55,102 bases of DNA from a virus. Its lineage: Duplodnaviria > Caudoviricetes. A model generated the notes under the pieces. It made no database searches, was not told where the DNA came from, and saw only the letters and a program-made list of their open reading frames with translations. The stretch covers positions 1-55,102 of the IMG/VR virus record IMGVR_UViG_3300046723_000197; one strand, given 5' to 3'. Shown piece by piece: positions 17,779 to 27,869 of the stretch (positions are counted from its first letter, which is position 1; the number at the start of each line of letters is the position of its first letter). Position numbers and translations under genes: made by a program.

Positions 17779-18497
17779 TGGACCTGGAACAGCTGAAGCT
17801 GTCCCTCACTGGGATCACCGGCGAAGACCCGTGCATCCCAGTGCCCAGCAACGGCCACCGCAGCGAGTTCAGCCGGCCTGACCGTGCCCGGGGCGCGGAC
17901 TGGCCGGCGCATGCCCCGACGATGATCGGGCTGGAGCGGCTGGGCAACATCCAGGAATGTGTGGAGAAGATCCTCGCCGACGACGTGCCCGGTGACCTGA
18001 TCGAGACCGGGGTGTGGCGCGGCGGGGCCTGTATCTTCATGCGGGCCATCCTCAAGGCACACGGTGACACCAGCCGCACCGTGTGGGTAGCCGACTCATT
18101 CGCTGGGATGCCCAGCGCCGAGCACGGCGGCGAAGAGGGCTGGTTCGGCATGCCCCAGCTGGCCGTCCCGCTCGATGAGGTGAAGGCGAACTTCGCGGGC
18201 TACGGGCTGCTTGATGAGCAGGTCCAGTTCCTGCCCGGCTGGTTCGATGAGACGCTGGCCGCTGCACCCATCGAGCGGCTGGCGCTGCTGCGGCTCGATG
18301 GCGACCTGTACTCCTCGACCATGACCGCACTGGAAGCCCTGTACCCGAAGGTGTCACCCGGCGGGTTCGTCATCATTGACGACTGGTGGTTCAAGTCCTG
18401 CCGTGAGGCAGTCACCGAATACCGGGCGAAGCATGGCATCACCACGCCTATCTGGCAGGCTGACTACGGGTACTGGCGGGTGCCTTCCGCACAATGA
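17778..18497 (+). CDS. TylF/MycF-family sugar O-methyltransferase
   Basis: VPGDLIETGVWRGG, VADSFAG, GWFDETL, LRLDGDLYSST, GGFVIIDD. Confidence 0.92.
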   Translation: MDLEQLKLSLTGITGEDPCIPVPSNGHRSEFSRPDRARGADWPAHAPTMIGLERLGNIQECVEKILADDVPGDLIETGVWRGGACIFMRAILKAHGDTSRTVWVADSFAGMPSAEHGGEEGWFGMPQLAVPLDEVKANFAGYGLLDEQVQFLPGWFDETLAAAPIERLALLRLDGDLYSSTMTALEALYPKVSPGGFVIIDDWWFKSCREAVTEYRAKHGITTPIWQADYGYWRVPSAQ

Positions 18498-19779
18498 TCA
18501 GCCCGTAGCGGTATTCCACCGACTCCACCTCACCGCCAGGCTCGGTAAACAGGGCCAGGAACGATTCGGCGGTGCGCATCATCGAATGGTCACCGGCGTG
18601 CAGCGGGTGGTTCCCGTAGCCGACGAACCAGTCCTCGATCACATACCAGCCACCGGGCCTCACCAGCGGCCACAGCAGCTCCCAGGTGATGCGGGTCAGT
18701 TTCCCCAGGTGGGAGGCATCGTCCACGATCAGATCCCAGGCCGGACAGACCGCCGCGAGCTTGCCGGGCAGGTCGTCGTCTTCCTGGCTGGCGATGATCT
18801 GCACACTCTCCTGCGGCCACACCGACTCTTCGCTGCGGTCCACCCCGGCGACGACCCCGCCGGGGAACAGCGCCTGCCACATGTGCAGCGACTCACCGCG
18901 CAGCACGCCGACCTCACACACCCGCCCGGCTGTGCCGATCTCCGCCGCCATCTTCAGGTAGGTGGGCAGGTAACCCTGGCTGACCTTGTCGCTGGCGAAC
19001 CGCAGTGCGAGCGGCCGGTCGGTGTCGTACTGGGCAGGCACGTAACGCGCCGAGCCGTCCGCGTTCATGTAGCGGGCCTGCAGGGCATTGGCCAGCCGGG
19101 CGGCATCGTCAGGGCAGCTGACCTCGCTCATCTCCGCGCCATACACCTGAATACCAGCCGGCTGGCGCACCGGGTCGAACATGACCGGGATGGGGCGGTG
19201 ATACACCGCCAGCGGGTTGTCATCGGGATGCTTCGGCGGCTCCCCCGGGTGACGCTCGAACCCGGGCGGCCCGAGCGTCGGTGGCCCGCTGTAGTCATGT
19301 CGGTGTTCCACGTCCGGGGCGTGTATGTGCGGTTTCAGCCCGTGGCCGAGGCGCAGCCGCCCGGCGATGACCAGATCGAGAAACTGCCACGGGACACCGG
19401 TCAGGTCAGGGTCGATGATGTTGCGCAGCTTGCCGTCGCGCTCGAACTCGGTGGCGGGGATCTGCCGCTGGAGGGCGGCACCGAACCGGGTGCAGCCGAG
19501 GCCCTGCGTGAGCCGCTGGCCCGAGTTGAAAATCGGGTAGGGGAAGACGCACCACTGCTGCGGGCAGATGAGCAGCTGCGGCACCACGTCGTCGTGGATG
19601 ATCATGTCCTGCTCGATGATCAGCAGATCCTCATCGCCGGTCCACCGCTCCTCGATCGCCCGCCAGTAGGCGAAATCGTCAGCGGACACGTCCACCAGTT
19701 CGGCCCCGGGCAGCCCGGCCACCTGATCGCGGGTATCAGGATCAAGACCCGCCTTTGTATAGCCGAGCAGTATCCGCAT
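18448..19779 (-). CDS. GT-A-like domain fused to a class I methyltransferase
   Basis: N-terminus matches 2810-3295; C-terminus has SDK..GYL..Y, EVGVLRGESL.MW, DLIVDDASH, PGGWYVIED. Confidence 0.75.
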   Translation of the reverse strand: MRILLGYTKAGLDPDTRDQVAGLPGAELVDVSADDFAYWRAIEERWTGDEDLLIIEQDMIIHDDVVPQLLICPQQWCVFPYPIFNSGQRLTQGLGCTRFGAALQRQIPATEFERDGKLRNIIDPDLTGVPWQFLDLVIAGRLRLGHGLKPHIHAPDVEHRHDYSGPPTLGPPGFERHPGEPPKHPDDNPLAVYHRPIPVMFDPVRQPAGIQVYGAEMSEVSCPDDAARLANALQARYMNADGSARYVPAQYDTDRPLALRFASDKVSQGYLPTYLKMAAEIGTAGRVCEVGVLRGESLHMWQALFPGGVVAGVDRSEESVWPQESVQIIASQEDDDLPGKLAAVCPAWDLIVDDASHLGKLTRITWELLWPLVRPGGWYVIEDWFVGYGNHPLHAGDHSMMRTAESFLALFTEPGGEVESVEYRYGLIIVRKAPASTRSQPAR

Positions 19780-19809
19780 GGGGGGAGCCTACGCTGTAGT
19801 ATTGCGATC

Positions 19810-19928
19810 AGGACGGTCTAGGCCAACGCCGTTCTTCTGCTGGCCGCAGCCCTCGTGGTGGTCCCACGGGGCCTGGCTGGAGCCCGCCGGGATTCATTCA
19901 CCCGGATCTTGGCTTCAGGAGGCCACAG
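19810..19928 (+). promoter_or_regulatory. Conserved structured 5' leader (copy 2)
   Basis: Same motif order as 3307-3418; TAGTAT -10-like box at 19797-19802. Confidence 0.65.
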
Positions 19929-20549
19929 GTGAGCTTCTACACCGGCACGCAGTGTGAGCTGCTGTATGCGATGCCTGCGTCCGCCCCGGCGGTCACCAAC
20001 ACTGCTACCACAGGCATCCTGTCCGCGAACTCGACCACCATCCTTCCCTACCAGCTACCCGCCGCGTATTTCACGCAGCAGTCCGGCACCGGCACCGGCA
20101 AGTCGCTGCTGCTCAAGGGCGGCGGGTTCTTCACGGTCGGCGCTGCTGCTGACACCCTCACGATGGCTATTTACATGGACACCACGGCGGGCACGCAGCT
20201 GACGATCATGGCGCAGTCGGGTGCGATCACCCCCGTCGTGTCAATCACCAACGGCTGCTTCGAGTTCGAGGTACTGGTCACCTGTTCCGCACTTGGCTCG
20301 GGTGCTAACTCGAAGCTGAACGCGGTCGGTCACATCTTCTGGGGGCCTGGCAACAACGCCGCCGCCCCCACGTTCGCCTCCAACGGCGCGACCAGCGCGG
20401 CCGGTGTCACGATGATCGGTGCCCCGCAGACCGGTGTCACGATCACCAACACCAACGCCTACTACATCGACGTGTACGCCTGGTGGAGCGCCACGACCAA
20501 CTCACCGTCGCTGACGATGAGCAACTTCCTGATCTTCGGCCTGAACTGA
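19929..20549 (+). CDS. Putative virion structural protein, distantly similar to 40924-41484
   Basis: Thr/Gly/Ala-rich; YQLPAAYF vs YTLPANWW and VTCSALGSG vs IQCTAIGSSG. Confidence 0.65.
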   Translation: MSFYTGTQCELLYAMPASAPAVTNTATTGILSANSTTILPYQLPAAYFTQQSGTGTGKSLLLKGGGFFTVGAAADTLTMAIYMDTTAGTQLTIMAQSGAITPVVSITNGCFEFEVLVTCSALGSGANSKLNAVGHIFWGPGNNAAAPTFASNGATSAAGVTMIGAPQTGVTITNTNAYYIDVYAWWSATTNSPSLTMSNFLIFGLN

Positions 20550-20644
20550 CCGCCCGGAGGAGACACCTCTCTCATCTCGGAGGGTTAACGCGACGGTGAG
20601 GTGACCGGGATGGTGTACGCGGTCACCTCAGGTGGCGGTGGGCC

Positions 20645-23600
20645 ATGGCCGTAGCGTTCGATTCGGTAGGACCATCCTCCGCTGGGTCGGGCGGCGCTAG
20701 CCCCCGGTCGTACACGCATACCACTGTCGCGGGCGGAACGACGGTCGTGGTCGGCGCGAGCCTCGACGGGGTAGCTGTCGGCGTTACGGCCACCTGCACA
20801 ATCGGCGGCGTCTCAGCAACCTCGCTCGGGCAGGTCGCCTCCGGGGTCGGCGGTACCACCGGCATCGTCCAGGCGTGGTACCGGACGGGGGTCGCGGCCG
20901 GGGCGAATACCATCGTCGTCACCTGCGCCACTGCCGCTGACGTTGAGTGCGGGTCGATGGCGTACAGCGGCGCTGGCGTGCCCGGCGCCCCGTTCACCGC
21001 CCAAAGTTCCGGCACCAGCGGTACTGCCAGCGTTGCGGTCACATCGAACACCAGCGGGAACATGATCGCCGGGTTCGTGGCATGCGGCGATGCCGTCAAC
21101 TCCACGACCAACACCAGCCGGTGGATCAACAACTTCGAGGGCAGCGCTGGGCAGGCGACCGGCAACGCGGCCGGGGCGGACGCACCGGCGACTGGCTCCA
21201 CGGTCACCATGTCGTGGGGCATTAACGTCACCGTGTGGGCTGTCATCGCGGTCGAGGTGCTGCCTTCGCCAGTACCGCCGGGTACCTACGCGAGGCCTGG
21301 CCGCACGTGGCTGCACTACTTCCGCTGCCCGCAGTTCTTTAACCAGCAGCCACCTGGCCCAGTGGCGGCCCAGGCCAACCCGGCCACCGCTACGGCGTCC
21401 GGGGCGGCGCTCAACGCTACGGTCGTTACGGTCAGCGCGGCGGCTGCGCCGCAGTTCAATCCCGGTAAGACGTGGCGCAAGCATTTCCAGTGGCCGCAGC
21501 AGCAGCAGCTATCCGGCCCGCCCCCACTCGCGTGGGCCACCGCTGGGCTCGCTACCGCGACCGGCACCGCGAATGGCCTGAAACCGTATCCCGCCGGGCT
21601 CGGCGGCACCGGATATAATTCATGGTTCACTAACCAGTTCGGCGCTCCGCGCCTGATGGTGATCGAGCAGGCGTGGTCGCTGCCATACAACGCGGGCCGG
21701 TGGAATTCCGGCAACTGGCAGGGCGACATGGACGCCTACTTCGCCGCCCGGGCCGTGCAGGGATACACCGCGTGGTACGGCGTCGCGTGGGGGCAGCAGC
21801 ATCAGGAACCCACGTCGCTGACTTTCGGCCGCACATGGGACGGCGTCTACCCGCTGAACATCAACGGCACCCCCGGCGGCATCGTCACCGGAGCCGAGAC
21901 GGTCACGCTCAACGACACGTTCTGGCAGCGGATCGACTACCTGTTCGCCTCCGCCCGTGCGCAGGGTATCGCCTGTTTCCTCAACATGGGCCTGTCGTAT
22001 GACCACAGCGACACCAATGGCATCTGGTCGCACGCCACCAACGCGCAGGCGACAGCGTTCGGCGCTGCGCTCACAGCCCGGTACCCGCAGGCCACCTACC
22101 CGCATGTGTTCTGGTTCTTCGGCGACGACGACGACGGCCCCAACGACTCGTTTTATGCCGCGCAGCTGTCCGGGATGCAGGGTGCCGGTGACACGCGGGC
22201 GCTGGTCTCGATCGAGCAGTTCACCAACACGAACTGCCACATTGAATTCGACAACAAAACCTCGTTCTCCGGGTCGTTCGGCGCACCGAACGCGACCTAC
22301 AACTGGATCTACTCCTACGACGCGCCGTATTTCGGCGGCGAAGATTCGTACTCCGAAGGTGGCACGTTCACCCACATCCCGGCCGTGTACGGCGACGGGG
22401 TGTATTACGGCGACACCGGCGCCGGCACCATCCCTAACCGGGCGATCAGGAACTTCGCCTGGTGGGCGCTGGCCAGCGGTTCGCGTGGTTTCGCGGCCAC
22501 GTCCGGCCCGTCCGACATTGGCACCGGCCCGACCCAGCTGTGGCAGTGGCCATCCGACGCGATCACAAGGCTGACCACCGACCCTAACGGCACGTTCACC
22601 ACGTCCACGGTGGGGACTATCGCGTCGTTCTTCAGTGGCCTGACCGACTGGTGGAAGCTGATCCCCGACACGGGGAACGTGTTCATCACCGCAGGCCGGG
22701 GCACGCGGGGAACGTGCGACGCGCCGGGCGGCACGTTCAACTTCCGCAACAGCAGCACGTATGTCGCCGGGTCGGTCACCCCGGCGGGGACGCTCGCGGT
22801 CATTTACTGCAAAGCCGCTATGTCGATCACGATCGACCAGACGAAACTGGGTGCCGGGTACACCGCGACGTGGGTGGACCCGCTGTCCCTGGCCACGCAG
22901 GCGGCCACCCCGGCCGCCACGTACAACAGCACCCCGCTGGGGAACAACTCGGCCGGTGACCCCGACTGGGTGCTGGTATTGCAGGGGCCACCCGTCACCC
23001 CGGCGGCATCCGCAGGCTATGCGCTGCCGGGCTTGACATGGCGCAAGCATTTCCAGCATCCCCAGCAGTTCGTCCCGCCGGCACCAGCTGGCGCGGCAGC
23101 CACCAACGCGAACGCCGGCCTCGCATCAGGCACCGCTACTGCCCTCGGCCAGGATAACGACGCTACCTTCGACATCCTGATCTCGCCGAACGCTGGCGCA
23201 GCGGTGGCGACTGGCGCCAGCCTCGGGCAGGACGCCGGGGCAAACATCGCCGCCATCTCGCCTAATGCGGCAACCGGTGCCGGTACTGGCACCGCCCGTG
23301 GCTTCGACACCGGGGACGCGCTACCTGGCGTGTCGTACCCGCCACAGCGGGCGCAGCCCAGCCCAGTCTGGCTGAAGTTCTTCCACCACGAGCAGCAGCC
23401 GGTACCGCCGGCACCATTTAACGTCTACCCGGCCCCGGCGCTTGCGACCGCGACCGCTCTCGGCCAGGACACCGGGGCAAGCATCGCCTCGGTGGCACCT
23501 AATGCAGCTGTCGCGCCTGCCACGGGTACCTCGCTCGGCAACGACACCGGGGCCAACGAGCCTGCGGTCACCGTCAATGCGGGTCTGGCAGCGGGCGTCG

Positions 23601-24664
23601 CCACCGCCCTGGACGCCACCACCTCCGTGCCTGGGCCAGCCCAGACACCGGCCTACCCGGGCGCGGTGTGGCGGCACTACTTCCAGCATCCACAGCAGGC
23701 GCTCCCGCCGGTTCCGGCGCCGATGGTCACCGCGAACGCTGGCCTCGCGTCCGCTACCGGTACCGCGCTCGGGCAGGACGCGGGCGCGAACATTGCCTTC
23801 GTCTCGCCGAACGCTGCGGTTGCCGCCGCCACTGGCGCCGCACAAAGCCCGAATCCCTCGGTCGCGCCCAATGCGGGCCTGGCGGCGGCAACGGGTGCAG
23901 CACAGAACGCTATTGCAAACGTCCAGCCAAATGCGGCCATGGCCCCCGCGACCGGTACCTCGCTGGGCAACGACACTGGGGCTAATGAGCCGGCGGTCAC
24001 GGTCAACGCCCAGACCGCTGCCGCCGTGGCGTCGGCGCTCGATGCGACCACCACGATCCCGGCGCCACCGCCGGCGGTCGCCGCCCCCGGCCGTATCTGG
24101 AAGCATTTCTTCCAGCACCCGCAGCAGCCTGTCCCACCAGCTCCGGTCATAGCCACCTTCGTCAACGCCAATGCTGGGCTCGCCTCCGCCACAGCGACGG
24201 CACTCGGGCAGGACACCGGGGCGAACATCGCGTTCGTCTCCCCGAACGGGGGCAATGCACCGGCTATCGGCACGGCTCCCGGCTTTGACAATGGGATAGA
24301 CAGCGCTTTCGTCTCCCCGAACGCCGGACTCGCCAGCGGGTCCGGCGCGGCGCTCGGGCCTAACCCGCAAGTCACCGTCAACGCGGGACTCGCCGCCGGC
24401 ACTGGCACGGCCCAGAATGTGACACCCTCGTCCGCGTCGGCCGCCGCTGCCACGCCGGCGCTGCCCGGCGGGACGTGGCGCAAGCATTTCCAGCACCCGC
24501 AGCAGTGGCGCCCATTCGTGCCGCAGCCGCCGCCGGCGCTGGTCCCGGCGACCGGCACGTCGTCTGTGTCTGACGTGAATACGGGGGTCGCCAGCGTCTC
24601 CGACCCGCGTAGTGGCCTGGCCACTGTCGGCGAGGGTGCCGGCGGCCTCGCCTCGGTAGGATAA
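20645..24664 (+). CDS. Large repetitive fibre-like protein with a central DUF4038-like glycoside hydrolase and collagen-binding-like domain
   Basis: FWQRIDYLF..A..QGI, HVFWFFGDD, WWKLIPD, ATWVDP, DPDWVLVL; seven W..hFQHPQQ-type motifs plus Ala/Gly-rich repeats. Confidence 0.7.
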   Translation: MAVAFDSVGPSSAGSGGASPRSYTHTTVAGGTTVVVGASLDGVAVGVTATCTIGGVSATSLGQVASGVGGTTGIVQAWYRTGVAAGANTIVVTCATAADVECGSMAYSGAGVPGAPFTAQSSGTSGTASVAVTSNTSGNMIAGFVACGDAVNSTTNTSRWINNFEGSAGQATGNAAGADAPATGSTVTMSWGINVTVWAVIAVEVLPSPVPPGTYARPGRTWLHYFRCPQFFNQQPPGPVAAQANPATATASGAALNATVVTVSAAAAPQFNPGKTWRKHFQWPQQQQLSGPPPLAWATAGLATATGTANGLKPYPAGLGGTGYNSWFTNQFGAPRLMVIEQAWSLPYNAGRWNSGNWQGDMDAYFAARAVQGYTAWYGVAWGQQHQEPTSLTFGRTWDGVYPLNINGTPGGIVTGAETVTLNDTFWQRIDYLFASARAQGIACFLNMGLSYDHSDTNGIWSHATNAQATAFGAALTARYPQATYPHVFWFFGDDDDGPNDSFYAAQLSGMQGAGDTRALVSIEQFTNTNCHIEFDNKTSFSGSFGAPNATYNWIYSYDAPYFGGEDSYSEGGTFTHIPAVYGDGVYYGDTGAGTIPNRAIRNFAWWALASGSRGFAATSGPSDIGTGPTQLWQWPSDAITRLTTDPNGTFTTSTVGTIASFFSGLTDWWKLIPDTGNVFITAGRGTRGTCDAPGGTFNFRNSSTYVAGSVTPAGTLAVIYCKAAMSITIDQTKLGAGYTATWVDPLSLATQAATPAATYNSTPLGNNSAGDPDWVLVLQGPPVTPAASAGYALPGLTWRKHFQHPQQFVPPAPAGAAATNANAGLASGTATALGQDNDATFDILISPNAGAAVATGASLGQDAGANIAAISPNAATGAGTGTARGFDTGDALPGVSYPPQRAQPSPVWLKFFHHEQQPVPPAPFNVYPAPALATATALGQDTGASIASVAPNAAVAPATGTSLGNDTGANEPAVTVNAGLAAGVATALDATTSVPGPAQTPAYPGAVWRHYFQHPQQALPPVPAPMVTANAGLASATGTALGQDAGANIAFVSPNAAVAAATGAAQSPNPSVAPNAGLAAATGAAQNAIANVQPNAAMAPATGTSLGNDTGANEPAVTVNAQTAAAVASALDATTTIPAPPPAVAAPGRIWKHFFQHPQQPVPPAPVIATFVNANAGLASATATALGQDTGANIAFVSPNGGNAPAIGTAPGFDNGIDSAFVSPNAGLASGSGAALGPNPQVTVNAGLAAGTGTAQNVTPSSASAAAATPALPGGTWRKHFQHPQQWRPFVPQPPPALVPATGTSSVSDVNTGVASVSDPRSGLATVGEGAGGLASVG

Positions 24665-24702
24665 GCCTCAGGCAGGCCGCGCTGACCCGAGGCGGCAGCC
24701 GC

Positions 24703-25647
24703 ATGGGCGCAACCGTGTTCTTCCAGAACCAGGCCGGGAACGACACCGCCACCCTGCAGATGATCTTCCAGGTCAGTAGCGTCAACGCCGACCCCACTGC
24801 CGTCTCCTGCGTGATCACCGACCCGACCGGCGTAGCCACCACCCACACCTTCGCCGGCGCGGCTCCCGCTGACATCAGCAAGCTGTCTACCGGCGTCTAC
24901 CAGCTGCTGATCGGCTCCACGATCGTCGGCATGTGGTCGTATGTGTGGATCGGCACCGGCACTGCCGCCGAAGTCGATGCGGGCACCTGGACGGTCAACC
25001 CGGCTTCCACGATCCACCAGTTCTACACCTCGGTGGAGGAGCTGAAGTCCCGTCTGAACATCACCGACACGGTGAGCGACTTCGAGCTGGAACTGGCCGT
25101 GCAGGCGGCGGCGAGGGCAGTCGAGAGCTACTGCGGCAGATTCTTCTACCAAATCGCCGAGACTCGCACCTACGTGCCCTACGACCTGTATGAGCTGCCC
25201 GTCGATGATCTCGTTTCGGTCACGTCGATGGCCACCGACCAGGACGGCGACGGCGTGTTCGAGCAGCCGTGGGTGGCTGGCACCGACTTCGAGCTTTCCT
25301 TCGGGATCTGGGAGTTCAACCAGAACGTCACCGGCGAGGCCCGCCCCTACACCCACATCCGGGCGATCAACGCGGTCGGCGGCGGCAAGTTCTTCCCCTA
25401 CACGTGGCCGTTCAGCCGGCTCGACCGCATCCAGATCGTTGGCGTGTGGGGCTGGCCAGCGGTGCCGTACCGGGTGAAGCAGGCCGCCCTCCAGATCGCC
25501 AGCGAACTGTTCAAGCTGAAAGACTCCCCGTTCGGCCTGGCTGGCACCTCCGAGTTCGGCATGGTCAGGCTGCCCCGGGGCGGCAACCCCTATGTGGCCA
25601 GCCTGCTCTGTGACTATGCCAGCCCGATGCGCAAGGTCGGTATGTGA
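24703..25647 (+). CDS. Head-tail connector/adaptor with an N-terminal Ig-like extension
   Basis: YTSVEELKSRL...AAARAVESYCGRFF...GWPAVP.RVKQAALQIA. Confidence 0.75.
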   Translation: MGATVFFQNQAGNDTATLQMIFQVSSVNADPTAVSCVITDPTGVATTHTFAGAAPADISKLSTGVYQLLIGSTIVGMWSYVWIGTGTAAEVDAGTWTVNPASTIHQFYTSVEELKSRLNITDTVSDFELELAVQAAARAVESYCGRFFYQIAETRTYVPYDLYELPVDDLVSVTSMATDQDGDGVFEQPWVAGTDFELSFGIWEFNQNVTGEARPYTHIRAINAVGGGKFFPYTWPFSRLDRIQIVGVWGWPAVPYRVKQAALQIASELFKLKDSPFGLAGTSEFGMVRLPRGGNPYVASLLCDYASPMRKVGM

Positions 25648-26099
25648 CCGCCTGGGCAGACCTGCGGGAGAAGGCGCTCTTCGGCCTCATCGACGGCCTG
25701 AACGGGGCGGTCGGCCTCGTCATCGGCCTGCTCCACTCCCACGCGGCGGCGTCGCTGATCTTCGTCGCCCTGCTCGCCCGCGCCGGATCGTCCTCAGTGT
25801 CGATGGCAGGCGCCCAGTATGAAGCCGACGACAGCACCCCCGACCAGGCCATCCGGTGGGGACGGGTCGCGGCGATGGGCGTCGGCTACCTGGTGTCGGC
25901 GCTCGTGCCCGGCATCGGGTTCGCGTACAGCACGCACCTCGGCGTGATCATTTTCGTCCCGGCCTGCATAATTATCCTGGCTGCCATCACCTGGACACGC
26001 GCCCGGAGCACCGGCTGGCTGAAAGCGGCGGTCACCACTGTCGTGATCTTCGCGCTCGCGGTCGGGGCGGGCCTGCTGGCCTCCCTGGTGGCCGGCTGA
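25644..26099 (+). CDS. VIT1/CCC1-like membrane protein
   Basis: LFGLIDGL and SVSMAGAQY motifs; multiple TM segments. Confidence 0.7.
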   Translation: MTAWADLREKALFGLIDGLNGAVGLVIGLLHSHAAASLIFVALLARAGSSSVSMAGAQYEADDSTPDQAIRWGRVAAMGVGYLVSALVPGIGFAYSTHLGVIIFVPACIIILAAITWTRARSTGWLKAAVTTVVIFALAVGAGLLASLVAG

Positions 26100-26111
26100 G
26101 AGGAGGCCCGG

Positions 26112-26399
26112 TTGCACCTGATTCTCAGGATTCTGGGTGTTGATGACCTCTCTGGCCCCTGGTACGGATTCTGGAGCGGGTTCGGCTCCGACCTGACCGA
26201 GTTTGCCCTCATCGGTGCCCTGCTCAGCATGGTCCGGGCGCATAATTGTGAAGTGCATGGCTGCTGGCGGGTCGGCCGTCACGTCACCGCCGCTGGGCAG
26301 CACGTGTGCCGCCGGCACCACCCGGATGGTCACCTGACCGAGGAGAGCGTCCGCGAGGCTCACCGGTTCTACCTGGGAAAGAGGCCCGGTCGTGGCTGA
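26112..26399 (+). CDS. Hypothetical protein (hydrophobic segment plus Cys/His motif)
   Basis: WYGFWSGFGSDL, HNCEVHGCWR, CRRHHP; RBS AGGAGG. Confidence 0.6.
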   Translation: MHLILRILGVDDLSGPWYGFWSGFGSDLTEFALIGALLSMVRAHNCEVHGCWRVGRHVTAAGQHVCRRHHPDGHLTEESVREAHRFYLGKRPGRG

Positions 26400-26802
26400 T
26401 CTGACTAGTGTCTGTAATGGGCTCGCCACCGCGCTCGGCACAATCCCCGGCCTGCGGGTCAGCTCGGGCTTCACGTCCCAGGTGAACCCGCCGATGGCGG
26501 TGGTCATGCCGCAGCCGTCCCAGTCGCTGCGGTTCGACACGATGGGCGGCGGGATCAGCTACCTGCTGCGGGTCGTGCTCCTCGCCCAGTACGCCCAGGA
26601 CTCCTCGTCGGTGAACCAGCTCAACTCCTACCTGGCGACCACCGGCCAGTTTTCGGTAGCGGCTACGATACTGGCCAACCCCCGGCTCGGCGGTGCGGCA
26701 GAATCGGTGAACATGGACTCAGTGAGGGGATACGGGCTGATGGAATGGGCTGGCCAGCAGTACCTCGGTGCCCAGATACTCGTTACGGTGCTGGCGACGT
26801 GA
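26392..26802 (+). CDS. Tail terminator-like protein
   Basis: Size and position; ALGTIPGLRV...VNPP.AVV.P, LGG pattern. Confidence 0.6.
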   Translation: MADLTSVCNGLATALGTIPGLRVSSGFTSQVNPPMAVVMPQPSQSLRFDTMGGGISYLLRVVLLAQYAQDSSSVNQLNSYLATTGQFSVAATILANPRLGGAAESVNMDSVRGYGLMEWAGQQYLGAQILVTVLAT

Positions 26803-27869
26803 AGATCCCCAGGCGGGTGCTTATAGTGCATCCCGGCCCGAACTTCTCCGTTTCCGACGTGTTCACCGGCTGGCAGGAAGCCTTCATCGAGGCAGGCATC
26901 GCCTGCCGGGACTACAACCTCGATGACCGGGTCGCCTTCCACGACTCGGCCTACCTGTTCACCGGCAACCACGACAAGGACGGCAACCCCCAGTTCAAGA
27001 AAGCCTTCCACGACAAGGCGGCAGTCATCGGGGTGTCCGCGAACGGGATCTACGCCACCTGTTTCCAGTGGTGGCCCGACGTGGTACTCATCGTCAGCGC
27101 GTTCTTCATCCCGACCGACTTCATGGATGTGATGCGCTCACGCGGCATCAAGGTCGTGCTCCTGTTCACCGAATCGCCGTATGAGGAGACCCGGCAGCTG
27201 GAACGTGCCCGCCACGCTGACCTGGTGCTGCTCAACGACCCGCTGCGGATCTCGATGTATGACGAGGCGGGCATCCCCGCCCTCTACATGCCGCACGCCT
27301 ACCGCCCCGGCCTGCACTACCCAGGGCCGGGCGAAGACCAGTTCATGACCGACTTCGCCTTCATCGGCACCATGTTCCCCTCCCGGCAGGAGTTCTTCTC
27401 CAAGATGGTGGCACTCGGCGCGTTCGACGGGCTTGATTGCACATTTGGTGGAAATTGGAACACGGTGAAAGAGTCCGACCCGCTGATGAAGCTGCTGTCG
27501 CATGAGCGGAACGAATGCGTGGACAACGCGCTCACCACCCGGATCTACAAGTCCGCCAAGGTCGGGCTCAACATGTACCGGCGCGAAGACGACGATGACA
27601 CCCATGAAGGCTGGTCGGCCAGTCCCCGTGAGATCGAGATGGCGGCGTGCGGACTGTTCTTCCTGCGCGAGTCCCGGCCCGAATCGGATGAATTGTTCCC
27701 AATGTTGCCTACCTTCGCCAGCCCGGAGGACGCGGCCGAGCAGTTGCGGTGGTGGCTCGACCACGACATCGAGCGGGGGATCGCCGCCATCCAGGCGCGG
27801 GCACGGATCAGGGACCGCACCTTCGCCGCCAACCTCAAGAAGCTGCTCCAGGCGCTGGATGAGCTGTAA
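26799..27869 (+). CDS. CgeB-like glycosyltransferase (GT-B)
   Basis: TESPYE, FIGTMFPSR, IYKSAKVGLN.YR, SPREIEMAACG; GTG start overlaps previous stop. Confidence 0.82.
   Translation: MKIPRRVLIVHPGPNFSVSDVFTGWQEAFIEAGIACRDYNLDDRVAFHDSAYLFTGNHDKDGNPQFKKAFHDKAAVIGVSANGIYATCFQWWPDVVLIVSAFFIPTDFMDVMRSRGIKVVLLFTESPYEETRQLERARHADLVLLNDPLRISMYDEAGIPALYMPHAYRPGLHYPGPGEDQFMTDFAFIGTMFPSRQEFFSKMVALGAFDGLDCTFGGNWNTVKESDPLMKLLSHERNECVDNALTTRIYKSAKVGLNMYRREDDDDTHEGWSASPREIEMAACGLFFLRESRPESDELFPMLPTFASPEDAAEQLRWWLDHDIERGIAAIQARARIRDRTFAANLKKLLQALDEL

Noticed and set aside
25348-25377. Possible match of array A unit 28299-28353 to connector YTHIRAINAV
   Set aside because: 5 of 10 exact; many such hits are expected by chance.
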